This document shows, piece after piece, positions 50,057 to 58,785 of a stretch of 64,000 nucleotides of DNA. A model generated the notes under the pieces. The model had not been told where the DNA came from and did not search any database. It was given only the letters and a program-made list of their open reading frames with translations. The DNA is from Deltaproteobacteria bacterium (lineage in GTDB: Bacteria; Myxococcota_A; Polyangia; Fen-1088): NCBI GenBank assembly GCA_033763315.1, contig JANRKS010000019.1, forward strand, positions 257,018-321,017, given 5' to 3'. Numbering within the stretch: the stretch's first letter is position 1; the number at the start of each line of letters is the position of its first letter. Made by a program: the position numbers and the translations under genes.

Positions 50057-51220
50057 TTGAACCTCTATACTTCAATCAAGGCGGTGCGGAAAAGCCAACT
50101 TCATAGCCGGGCGGTTTATTCCCGCTTGTGCAAAAAAGCGGGCGCGCTGGCTTGCGGGCTGGCCCTGGCTGCCTGTGGCGCCAGCAAACCGCCTTCTGTG
50201 GATGCCGGCCCCCTCGGCATCGAAATCGCCTTTCCGGACGGCGGCGAGCGCCAATACTGTGGAGAGGCCAGCCGGCAGCTGGTGGTGAACCCCCGGGTGG
50301 TGGATGTATTGGTGCTGTTTGACCGATCGGGATCGATGTCTTTGGCTTTCGGCGACAGCACGCGCTTCGAGGTGGAGCAGCAACTGCTGCAGGGCTTGCT
50401 CAACGCTTACCAAAGCCGGATTCGCTTCGGTTTTGCACCCTTTCCGTCAAAGGGTGGCTGTGCCGATGCGGGGCCCGCCGCCTGTTGCACCGACCCGCCT
50501 TCAGTGGCTGTGAATTACATGTCGGCGGCTGACATCGGCAACGCCATCGCTGACGCGGCCCCCGTGGATGGCAACACGCCTACGGCGCAAGCGTTGATGG
50601 CGGCACGCGATTATTTCTTGGGGCTCAACGATGGCGTGATTGAACGGTACGTGCTGTTGTCGACCGATGGGCAGCCAAGTTGCACGGCCTCGGGGGAGTT
50701 GGCCAAGGATGTGATTCGCTCGGGCCAGCGGCAACAAGGTCCGTGCTCGGACGCGCTGGCCGCCGTTAAGGCGCTGGCCGACATCAACGTAAAAGTGTTC
50801 GTGTTAGGGATCGGCGCTGATCTGGCGCTGGGCGAGCAGGGCGCTCCCAGCTGCCTGGAAGAATTGGCCCGCGCTGGTGGTGCCGCCACGCGCGCGTCGC
50901 CTTCGTTTTATTCGGCCGCGGATCCGAAGACGCTCAACGCCTCGCTGCAAGCGATCTTCGGCGCCGTGACAAAACCATCCTGCACGCTCACTTTCAACAT
51001 GCCCGCGCCCGATGAGAACAACGTGCTGGTGCTGTTTGACGGCGTGCCGGTGCCACGCGATCAGCGCCGCGAAGACGGGTGGGGGTGGTTGCCACAAAAG
51101 GCGGGCTTGTCCCTGCAGGTTTACGGACCGGCCTGTGCGCGGTTGGAAAGCCTGCAGGTATCGGAGGTGAAGATTCTTTACGGGTGCCGCCCCTGCACCA
51201 CGCCTGGCTCCTGCCAATAG
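50057..51220 (+). CDS. Cys-rich von Willebrand factor A (VWA) domain lipoprotein; the start is ambiguous between 50057 and 50126
   Basis: Lipobox 'LALAAC'. MIDAS 'DRSGSMS', 'STDGQP'. About 16 Cys, including 'CADAGPAACCTDPP'. Confidence 0.65.
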   Translation: MNLYTSIKAVRKSQLHSRAVYSRLCKKAGALACGLALAACGASKPPSVDAGPLGIEIAFPDGGERQYCGEASRQLVVNPRVVDVLVLFDRSGSMSLAFGDSTRFEVEQQLLQGLLNAYQSRIRFGFAPFPSKGGCADAGPAACCTDPPSVAVNYMSAADIGNAIADAAPVDGNTPTAQALMAARDYFLGLNDGVIERYVLLSTDGQPSCTASGELAKDVIRSGQRQQGPCSDALAAVKALADINVKVFVLGIGADLALGEQGAPSCLEELARAGGAATRASPSFYSAADPKTLNASLQAIFGAVTKPSCTLTFNMPAPDENNVLVLFDGVPVPRDQRREDGWGWLPQKAGLSLQVYGPACARLESLQVSEVKILYGCRPCTTPGSCQ

Positions 51221-51224
51221 CCGC

Positions 51225-52301
51225 TTAGACTTCGGTAAGCCAGCCGAACTTATCCTCGGCGTGGCCATACTGAATGTCGGTGATGGCCTTGAATAGTTTT
51301 TGGGAGAGGTCTCCGGGCTGACCCGTGCCCACGGCGAAGCGCTGATCTTTCCAGCCCAGCTCACCCACGGGCGAAATGACGGCTCCCGTGCCGGTGCCGA
51401 ACACTTCGGTAAGCTGGCCTTTGCGCTGCGCAGACAGCAACTCTTCAACGGTGATGCGGCGTTCGTTCACCGTCATGCCCCAGCTGCGCAAAAGGTCGAT
51501 GACGCTCGCGCGCGTGACGCCTGAAAGTATGGTTCCGGTGAGCGCGGGCGTGGCCACTTCATCGCCGATGCGCACGAATAAATTCATCGTGCCCACTTCT
51601 TCAAGGGCCGCATGCTCGATCGCGTCCGTCCACAGCACTTGCGCAAACCCAGCCGCTTTCGCTTCTTCAGCGGCCATCAAGCTGGCGGCGTAGTTGGCGC
51701 CCGCTTTGACGGCGCCCAGACCACCGGGTGCCGCGCGCACGTATTTGTCTTCAATGCGGATGCTCACCGGGCCAAAGCCCTCTGCGTAGTAAGCGCCCAC
51801 TGGCGAGTTGATGATGAAGAACTGGTATTGCTTTGCGGGCCGCACGCCCAAGAAAGCTTCGCTCGCAAAAATCGTGGGGCGAATGTAAAGCGCCGTGCCG
51901 GGCGAGGACGGGATCCACGCTTCGTCTGCGGACACAATCGACTTGATCGCTTCAGCGATGAGTTCGGGATCGATGTCGGGCATCGACATGCGCTTGGCGC
52001 CTTCAGCCAAGCGCGCCGCGTGGCGGGGCAGGCGAAAGATGCGGATCTTGCCATCAACGCCCCGATAAGCCTTGAGGCCATCGAACAACGTTTGCGCATA
52101 GTGAATGCCCGCGGCCGCGGGATCCATGGGCAACGTCTCGTAGGGCACGATGCGGCCGTTGTGCCAGCCGGCGTCGCCTTTGTAGTCGAGCAGCAGCATG
52201 TGGTCCGCGAAAACGGTGCCGAACTTCAGAGCGGAATCAACCGGACGGGTTCGGGGCGTGGTCGTTCGTGTGACTGGAAATTTCGCGGATGAGAAAGACA
52301 T
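51225..52301 (-). CDS. ilvE: Branched-chain amino acid aminotransferase
   Basis: Class-IV aminotransferase 'FGTVFADHM', 'YIRPTIF', 'VRAAPGGLGAVKAGANYA'. Confidence 0.85.
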   Translation of the reverse strand: MSFSSAKFPVTRTTTPRTRPVDSALKFGTVFADHMLLLDYKGDAGWHNGRIVPYETLPMDPAAAGIHYAQTLFDGLKAYRGVDGKIRIFRLPRHAARLAEGAKRMSMPDIDPELIAEAIKSIVSADEAWIPSSPGTALYIRPTIFASEAFLGVRPAKQYQFFIINSPVGAYYAEGFGPVSIRIEDKYVRAAPGGLGAVKAGANYAASLMAAEEAKAAGFAQVLWTDAIEHAALEEVGTMNLFVRIGDEVATPALTGTILSGVTRASVIDLLRSWGMTVNERRITVEELLSAQRKGQLTEVFGTGTGAVISPVGELGWKDQRFAVGTGQPGDLSQKLFKAITDIQYGHAEDKFGWLTEV

Positions 52302-52386
52302 TGTGATGCTCAGAGCTGGCAAGTCTAACGCATTCGCGCGTCGATCGGGAGCCTGCGTGCGCACTTTGCGCGGCCCACGTGGCAGT

Positions 52387-52860
52387 TCAGTCTTCCGTCC
52401 AGCTCGCTACGGCACGCGGCGATAAAATATTGTTGCCAACGACGACGCGGTGAGGGCCCGCCCAGGCAAGCTGATCGTCATCCACGGCCGCTGGAAGGGC
52501 CCAAAACATCACGGATTCATTCTTCGTGACGTCGGCAAGCACAGCCAACCGAGCGCCGGTGCGCGTGCGCTCGACCCATGCCACGGCTTTTCCATCGTGG
52601 CGCCACACGGGCGTTGCCAAAACTTTCACGCGTTCGTCGGGCCGGTGCACACGCTGACCGTCCACGAACACCGCACCCGCGCCCACATGAAGCGTGTGAC
52701 GGCCACACGGCGAAATTTGCGCTTGAGAGAACCGCGGTTGCCTCCCCATGGTTCGCGTCACGGGCGCGGCTGTGTGGGGACGTGGCGCGGGGGCCGCCAG
52801 CGCGGTTGCACCCACGAGCCAAAGGCCGCCTGCCACACAAACCGACGACGGGAACTGCAT
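52387..52860 (-). CDS. Hypothetical secreted protein
   Basis: Signal 'VAGGLWLVGATALAAPA'. No recognised domain. Confidence 0.35.
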   Translation of the reverse strand: MQFPSSVCVAGGLWLVGATALAAPAPRPHTAAPVTRTMGRQPRFSQAQISPCGRHTLHVGAGAVFVDGQRVHRPDERVKVLATPVWRHDGKAVAWVERTRTGARLAVLADVTKNESVMFWALPAAVDDDQLAWAGPHRVVVGNNILSPRAVASWTED

Positions 52861-52998
52861 GCTCTTATTGGGCCTTGGCGGCACACAAAGGGCAATTTTT
52901 CGCACATGCAGGCTGACCGCTGCCCCGGCGAGCCGGCTGCCTCTACGGCTGAGCGCCGGATCTCCCGATGTACCCTTGTCAATCCGGTCCGTGCCCCC

Positions 52999-54165
52999 AT
53001 GTTGCCGCCCTCCACCGACGAAGAACTAACCCTCACGCTGTCTCGCCACCGGCGAGGGCTGGCCTATGAGGACGATGAGGCGTCGTTGTCGACGCGCTTG
53101 CTGATCTCGTTGGGCGTGACGGCTTACGTGGGTTGGCACCCCCTGATTCGTCTGCTGGCACCCAGCGGGCATGATCCGTTTTTCGAGCGAGCGCTGGTTT
53201 CGACGGCGTGCCTGCTGCTCGTCGCGCTTTCATTTGTTTCGCGTTGGCGGCGCCATTTGGGCCTGTTCGTTTTGATCGCCATTTATCTAGGCACCTTTCA
53301 TCATCTATCGCTCGTGGCGCGCAATGACCTGTCCACGCACTACATGCTGGCGCACTTCATTCTGCTGGGCGCGTTGAGCCCGTTGTTGGGGGGCCTACGG
53401 CCGACGGCTCTTTTTACGATCGCGGTCACGGCGGGAGCAGGCGTGACCGCGGCGGTCAGTGGCGCCGCGTTGGGTGAACGTCTGATTCTGATTTTGGGTT
53501 CCTTTTTGCTTCTGCTTGTGACTACCGCCGGCGCGTGGCGCCTACAAACGCTGCAAAAGGCGGGACGCCGGCAAGTGCGGCAGGTGGGGCAGTTCTTCCG
53601 AAACCTGGTGGACGTGTTGCCCGATCCTGTTTACGCACGTTCGGTCAAGGGTGATTGGCAGCTCACCAACGACGCGTTCGATCGTGGCTTGCGCAGCACC
53701 CAGCAAGAAGCCAACACCGATGTGAACTTGGCGGCGCCTGAAATTGTGGCGTCGCTTGAGCGCATCGAATCGATGGCTCTGGCCACGGGCCACACAATGG
53801 AACGGGATGTTTCGTTCATCGGGCTCGACGGCCAAAAACGAGTGGTGGCCTTGAAGGTGGGCGCGCCGCAGTTGCGCAGTGGTGAACAAATTCTGGTGGG
53901 TCTGATCCGCGACGTCACGGCAAGCCGCCAGATGGAGCAGTCGCTAAAGTCCAAAATCGACGAGCTAGAAACGGCCCGTCGAGAGGTCAAACAGCTTCAG
54001 GGTCTGTTGCCGATCTGCATGCACTGCGGGGCCATTCGCAGCGAGGGGGGCGATTGGCAAACCGTGGAAACGTACGTCAAATGCCACACCGAAGCCGAGT
54101 TTAGCCACGGGTTGTGCGACAGTTGTTTGGACGAGCGTTATCCCGCCGCGCCAGACGCCCCGTGA
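52999..54165 (+). CDS. Membrane sensor: ~6 TM helices, PAS-like domain, and a C-terminal Cys/His-rich module (C-x2-C...H...H...C-x2-C)
   Basis: 'LPICMHCGAIRSEGGDWQTVETYVKCHTEAEFSHGLCDSCL' C-terminal motif. PAS-like 'FRNLVDVLPDPVY'. The ORF-track N-terminus is antisense to the neighbouring gene, so the start was set at the ATG at 52999. Confidence 0.6.
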   Translation: MLPPSTDEELTLTLSRHRRGLAYEDDEASLSTRLLISLGVTAYVGWHPLIRLLAPSGHDPFFERALVSTACLLLVALSFVSRWRRHLGLFVLIAIYLGTFHHLSLVARNDLSTHYMLAHFILLGALSPLLGGLRPTALFTIAVTAGAGVTAAVSGAALGERLILILGSFLLLLVTTAGAWRLQTLQKAGRRQVRQVGQFFRNLVDVLPDPVYARSVKGDWQLTNDAFDRGLRSTQQEANTDVNLAAPEIVASLERIESMALATGHTMERDVSFIGLDGQKRVVALKVGAPQLRSGEQILVGLIRDVTASRQMEQSLKSKIDELETARREVKQLQGLLPICMHCGAIRSEGGDWQTVETYVKCHTEAEFSHGLCDSCLDERYPAAPDAP

Positions 54166-54166
54166 A

Positions 54167-54334
54167 CGCTAGTGCACCGCTCGCGAAGTCGAATCATGTT
54201 CGGCCGACAAGCTGAGCCACCGGCTGCGTTGTTCCTCCTCGCAATACGCCCGGTATTCCTCGTCGTCTCGCCTTGCCGCTGGCTCAGCTTGTCGGCCTCG
54301 GCATTGACCCGACTTCGCGAGCGGTGCGCTAGCG
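54167..54334. repeat. Long imperfect inverted repeat (~58-nt arms, ~50-nt spacer) between convergent genes
   Basis: Left arm CGCTAGTGCACCGCTCGCGAAGTCG...GGCCGACAAGCTGAGCCA. The right arm is its reverse complement with a few mismatches and a 2-nt indel. The right arm overlaps the last codons of the LacI gene. Confidence 0.7.
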
Positions 54335-55312
54335 GACGCGCAGCGTGGGCGACAGCGTGATTGATTGCGGCTTGCGCCCTGGCTGCTTGATGCGTTTGAG
54401 CAGCAAGCCGGCCGCTTCATCTCCCATTTGCCGTCCGGGCTGCGCCACAGTGGAAACAGCGGGCTCGAAGGCATCAAGCCAATCGTAATCGTCGGAACTC
54501 ATGACCTCGACGTCTTGGGGGCAACGCAGGTTGGCGGCTTTGATGGCCTTAAGAACCCCTGTCATCATCAAGAAATTGGCGGCGAACACAGCGGTCGGCC
54601 GATCGTTCGCGTTGGCGAGCCATGCCGACGTGATCGCCAAGGCTGACTCCATCGTCCAATCGCCTTCGCCGATCCAGTTTGCGGGAGCGTCGAATTTCTT
54701 CTTCTTCAAGGCGGCTTCCCAGCCCTCAATGCGATCCTCATTCGCCGACAAGCCCCGGGGGCCCACAACGATTGCCACCTTTTTGTGGCCTTTGCCCAGC
54801 AGATGCTCGACGGCCAAACGTGTGCCTTTCACGTTGTCTGCGAACACGGCATCCGCTTCCACGGTTCGCGGGCGTCGGCCCACAAACACGATGGCTTTTT
54901 TCATGGCCAGCAGCGGCTGCAGATCGCCTTCATCACCGGGGGCCGCAAACAGCAGCAACCCATCAACTTGCTTCGCGTTAAACACCTTGAGGTAATGCGA
55001 TTGTTGCTCGGGCTGATCGTGCGTGCTGCCAAGGATCAGCGCGTATCCTTCGGCGCGCAGCCGCTCTTCCACCGCATACACGACCTGCGCGTAAAATGGG
55101 TTGCTGATGTCTGGAATCAGCATGCCCACCGTCTTGGTTTGGCGGGTCTGCAGGCTGCGGGCCACTTCGTTGACGGTGTAATTGAGCTCTTTGACCGCGT
55201 CGAGAACACGCTTGGTCAGCTCGGGGCTCACATAGGCGGACCGATTGATCACGGAAGACACTGTGTAGGTCGAAACGCCTGCGTGTTTCGCTACGTCGTA
55301 GATGGTGGCCAT
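54329..55312 (-). CDS. LacI-family transcriptional regulator
   Basis: HTH 'ATIYDVAKHAGVSTYTVSSVIN' and a periplasmic-binding-protein-like sugar-binding core. Confidence 0.85.
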   Translation of the reverse strand: MATIYDVAKHAGVSTYTVSSVINRSAYVSPELTKRVLDAVKELNYTVNEVARSLQTRQTKTVGMLIPDISNPFYAQVVYAVEERLRAEGYALILGSTHDQPEQQSHYLKVFNAKQVDGLLLFAAPGDEGDLQPLLAMKKAIVFVGRRPRTVEADAVFADNVKGTRLAVEHLLGKGHKKVAIVVGPRGLSANEDRIEGWEAALKKKKFDAPANWIGEGDWTMESALAITSAWLANANDRPTAVFAANFLMMTGVLKAIKAANLRCPQDVEVMSSDDYDWLDAFEPAVSTVAQPGRQMGDEAAGLLLKRIKQPGRKPQSITLSPTLRVR

Positions 55313-55381
55313 AGATGCGCCGGCATTATACGCGACCAAAATGCGGCGCAGGGCTGCATGTTGCAGTAGCCTGCGCCTCGC

Positions 55382-56446
55382 GTGCTATTGCCCAGGCTCA
55401 ACCTTTTGACCCACGTGCCTTTGGCGCCTTTGACCACGCTGCGTTTGGGCGGCGAGGCGGCCTATTTCCTGGCGGCGCACACGATTGCGGACGTGCAGGG
55501 GGCGGTCGCGTGGGCCCAAAACAAGGGGGTGCCGCTGTTGGTGCTGGGCGGCGGCTCGAATGTTGTGATGCCCGATGCTGGGTGGGATGGCCTGGTTCTA
55601 CACATGCAATTGCGCGGGCAAAATGTGTCTAACGAGGGCGCCCTGATTCATGTGGTGGCGGCGGCCGGTGAGCCATGGGACGCCTTCGTGCAAAGCGCCA
55701 CGCGCAACAAGTGGGCTGGCGTTGAGTGTTTGGCCGGCATTCCGGGACTTGTGGGTTCAACGCCGATCCAAAACGTCGGCGCCTATGGGCAGGACGTGTC
55801 CGAAACCATCGCACGCGTGCGTGTCCTTGAGCGCGCCACAGGTGCGCTTCACTGGTTGACGAAAGATGAACTGCAGTTCTCTTACCGAGACAGCGTTTTG
55901 CGGCGAGAGCTTTCGCGGTTCATCGTGGTTGAGGTGGCGTTTGATTTGCGCGCGGGTGGGGCGCCTTCAGTGCGCTACGCAGAGTTGCAACACGCCTTGG
56001 CGGCCACGGCAAACCCCACGCTGCTAGATGTGCGCGCGCAGGTGTTGGCGCTGCGACGAAAGAAATCCATGGTGCTGGATGCCGCCGATCCCAACAGCCA
56101 AAGCGTGGGTTCGTTCTTCACCAACCCACTCGTGGACGTACAAATGGCGGCCGAGGTTGCTCGCATCGCTTCGGCTTCGGGCCTTGCTCACGTGCCGCAG
56201 TGGCCGCAGCCTGATGGCCGCGTGAAATTGGCTGCGGGGTGGCTGATCGAGAACGCCGGCTTCTCGCGCGGTCTGCGCCGCGGGGCCGTGGGTTTGTCAT
56301 CCGCGCACGCGCTGGCTTTGGTTCACTTCGGCGGCGGAACCAGCAACGAGCTTTTGGCCCTGGCGCGGCAAGTGCGGGACGGCGTGAAGGCGAAATTTGG
56401 CGTCACGCTGCAGCCCGAACCGATCCTCATCGGTGCTTCGCTTTAG
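55382..56446 (+). CDS. murB: UDP-N-acetylenolpyruvoylglucosamine reductase
   Basis: FAD-binding 'LLVLGGGSNVV' and MurB C-terminal domain. Confidence 0.85.
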   Translation: MLLPRLNLLTHVPLAPLTTLRLGGEAAYFLAAHTIADVQGAVAWAQNKGVPLLVLGGGSNVVMPDAGWDGLVLHMQLRGQNVSNEGALIHVVAAAGEPWDAFVQSATRNKWAGVECLAGIPGLVGSTPIQNVGAYGQDVSETIARVRVLERATGALHWLTKDELQFSYRDSVLRRELSRFIVVEVAFDLRAGGAPSVRYAELQHALAATANPTLLDVRAQVLALRRKKSMVLDAADPNSQSVGSFFTNPLVDVQMAAEVARIASASGLAHVPQWPQPDGRVKLAAGWLIENAGFSRGLRRGAVGLSSAHALALVHFGGGTSNELLALARQVRDGVKAKFGVTLQPEPILIGASL

Positions 56447-58686
56447 AGTGAGGCGGGAACGAGCTCGGCGCCCGTCACGTTGTCCCATGCGGCCGTTGAT
56501 CTGGGTGGCAGGGTGGCGTGAATCACCTTGCCGTTGCGTAAGGTGATGTCGCGCGTGCCGCCCGCGCCCGAGTGAACCCACAACACGCCATTGCCACTGG
56601 CCAAGACGTCGTCGGTGTTTTCGTAGACGTGCGCGCCGGCTTGCTGGAACAGCGCGCGCCATGTGCGGCTGTTTGTGATCGGCAGCGTGCTGAACCACGT
56701 CGCGCCGCTGTCGGGCCGCGCCTTCTTCACGAAGCCCACCTCGCCGGTGTCAGCCAAGGTTCCCAATGTTGTGGCTTGGCCGTCTTTGACGATGGGGAAA
56801 GGAGACAGCGGCGTTTTGTGCGGAATTCCGTAGGTTTCGCCAAACGCTTCTTGTGTGACTTTGATCGTGGCGTTGCCGCGCGCTGCACCGGGCTCGATGT
56901 GAATGCCCGTGATGTCGCTGATGAGTTGCATGTCGTTGCGTTCGCCGTCTGAATAACCAGCTGCGTAGCTAAACACCACGTGCCGGCCCTGCGCCGCGAC
57001 TCGCGTCTTGATGAGCGCGCGATGCTCCGGCGTCAAGCGCCAGCCATTCGCAAACACCACAACCTTGTAGCGATCCAGCGGCACCAACGGCAGGTCGTCC
57101 ATGAATACGTCGTCCGTCATGCTGCCGCTTTTGTGAACGGCGTTCGACACCGCGTCCAGCGCCGTTTCTGACACAGGCGTCCACTTGGCCGCCACGTGGT
57201 AATACGTGGCCACATCCCAGACCATCAACACATCGGCTTGCGGCGCAAGCGGCTTGCTGACGCGGTCATCGAACAGCCGCTTGAGCGTGTGTGCTTGCCG
57301 GGTGTAGTCAGGGTGTGCCCACCAGCCCGTCTGCTGGTTGGGACCGAAATCGTAAAACCACATGCCCATGCCGCGCACCAAGGGACCCAATGTGTTGCGA
57401 CGAATGATAGCCACGTCATCGGCGCGTTGCTCAGGCGTTGGCTCATCGAACGGGTGGCGCATGCTGGTGGCTTGGTCCATTTCATCCAGAACCAGCTTGC
57501 CGTGCAGCAGCGCCGATTCCGAAACCGCGCGTGATTGTCCTGAGCCGCCCATGGCATGCGCAGGTCCGTAATAAGACTGCGGGGCCGCCAGGAAATCCAC
57601 GTCTGGCGAGCGCAGCACGCGGTCCACGGCCAAGTGGCCGCCCGTGGTTTGGCGCGAGAACGTCATGAAGTAATAGCCATAGAAATTGCCAACCGCGATC
57701 GGGCGGGGCCACAGTTTCTTCACGAGCCCATCGAAATAGATCACGTCATCGGCCACAACGCTGTGCTGGGCCTCGAAGTAGTCCATCACGTATCGTTCTT
57801 TTTGCGGATCACGGAATACGCCGTCGCTGGTTTGATTGCGAGCGGCTGAGCCCGGCACGCGCGCGCTGGCGAAGGTGACGCTGGGATCCGCCCACGCGGC
57901 CTGCAAGGCGGCGTCGGTGCGATATTTGTTTTGCAGCCAGCCGCGAAAGTAAGCTGTCATAGGCGCGCTGGTGTCGGGGTCGTGGCTGATGAAACTCCAG
58001 TTGTGCCATTCGTGCGAAACGCCGTCGCATACGTTCACAAAGCCCAAGGCATTGCCTTGGGGCATCGCCGCCAATTCCTTGAAGAACCTTTGCAGCACGG
58101 AGGTGGTTTCTTGGCGCCACCGCACAGAAGCCAGGCTGTGCACCTTACCTGCGTTCAAATCGTCAGCGTCCGTGGTGTTGCGTTGCAATCCCCACGGTTG
58201 TTTGTGTGGATGCGCGTCCGTGTCGGCATAAGCGACCGTTTCGTCGGGGTGTGCTTCGTTCCACCAAAACGGCGCGTTGATGTGCAGCCGCAACAACAGC
58301 GTGGCTCCCGGTGCAGCCCGCAGAGCGCCAGCAAACTGCCGCTGCACGAGATCCATATCTAGGCTGCCATCCGGCTTCCAAATGTCGTTCAACCACAAGC
58401 TGAACTGGATGATGTGAAAGCCCGCCTTGGCAAAGTTGGCGATGTTCCACTGCGGAACTTCTTCCCACGTCCATTGTCCGCCCACGCTGTCGGTGATCGT
58501 ATAGATCATCGGCGTGGAAGGGCGCCCGTTGATGAAGATGGTGGGGCGATCGCCCAGCGGTTTGATCTGAACCGTCACGGGTGTGATGGCTGCGGTGTGA
58601 TGTGCAGCACTGGCCGGGGGATGGCAGCCCATGGCCACGGCCGCCGCGAACAACAAGCACAAACGACTGAGCATCAGGGACGACAT
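56443..58686 (-). CDS. Secreted TIM-barrel glycoside hydrolase (beta-galactosidase/GH42-like), family uncertain
   Basis: Signal 'LCLLFAAAVAMGC'. A long domain with 'WNEAHPDE' and 'NVCDGVSHEWHNW' that resembles GH family proteins. Adjacent to the LacI regulator. Confidence 0.4.
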   Translation of the reverse strand: MSSLMLSRLCLLFAAAVAMGCHPPASAAHHTAAITPVTVQIKPLGDRPTIFINGRPSTPMIYTITDSVGGQWTWEEVPQWNIANFAKAGFHIIQFSLWLNDIWKPDGSLDMDLVQRQFAGALRAAPGATLLLRLHINAPFWWNEAHPDETVAYADTDAHPHKQPWGLQRNTTDADDLNAGKVHSLASVRWRQETTSVLQRFFKELAAMPQGNALGFVNVCDGVSHEWHNWSFISHDPDTSAPMTAYFRGWLQNKYRTDAALQAAWADPSVTFASARVPGSAARNQTSDGVFRDPQKERYVMDYFEAQHSVVADDVIYFDGLVKKLWPRPIAVGNFYGYYFMTFSRQTTGGHLAVDRVLRSPDVDFLAAPQSYYGPAHAMGGSGQSRAVSESALLHGKLVLDEMDQATSMRHPFDEPTPEQRADDVAIIRRNTLGPLVRGMGMWFYDFGPNQQTGWWAHPDYTRQAHTLKRLFDDRVSKPLAPQADVLMVWDVATYYHVAAKWTPVSETALDAVSNAVHKSGSMTDDVFMDDLPLVPLDRYKVVVFANGWRLTPEHRALIKTRVAAQGRHVVFSYAAGYSDGERNDMQLISDITGIHIEPGAARGNATIKVTQEAFGETYGIPHKTPLSPFPIVKDGQATTLGTLADTGEVGFVKKARPDSGATWFSTLPITNSRTWRALFQQAGAHVYENTDDVLASGNGVLWVHSGAGGTRDITLRNGKVIHATLPPRSTAAWDNVTGAELVPASL

Positions 58687-58785
58687 CGGGCACGCATTAT
58701 GGCCGCTTGGTATCGCCCTGCCACGCTTGCTTGCTGTATGGGCGAATTGCACGCGAGCCGCGGGAAAAAATGCCTAATCGATGCG

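Noticed and set aside
50121-50142. Hairpin CCCGCTT-gtgcaaaa-AAGCGGG
   Set aside because: Lies within the possible 5' coding region of the VWA lipoprotein. It may only mark the true start at the TTG at 50126, and is not a terminator.
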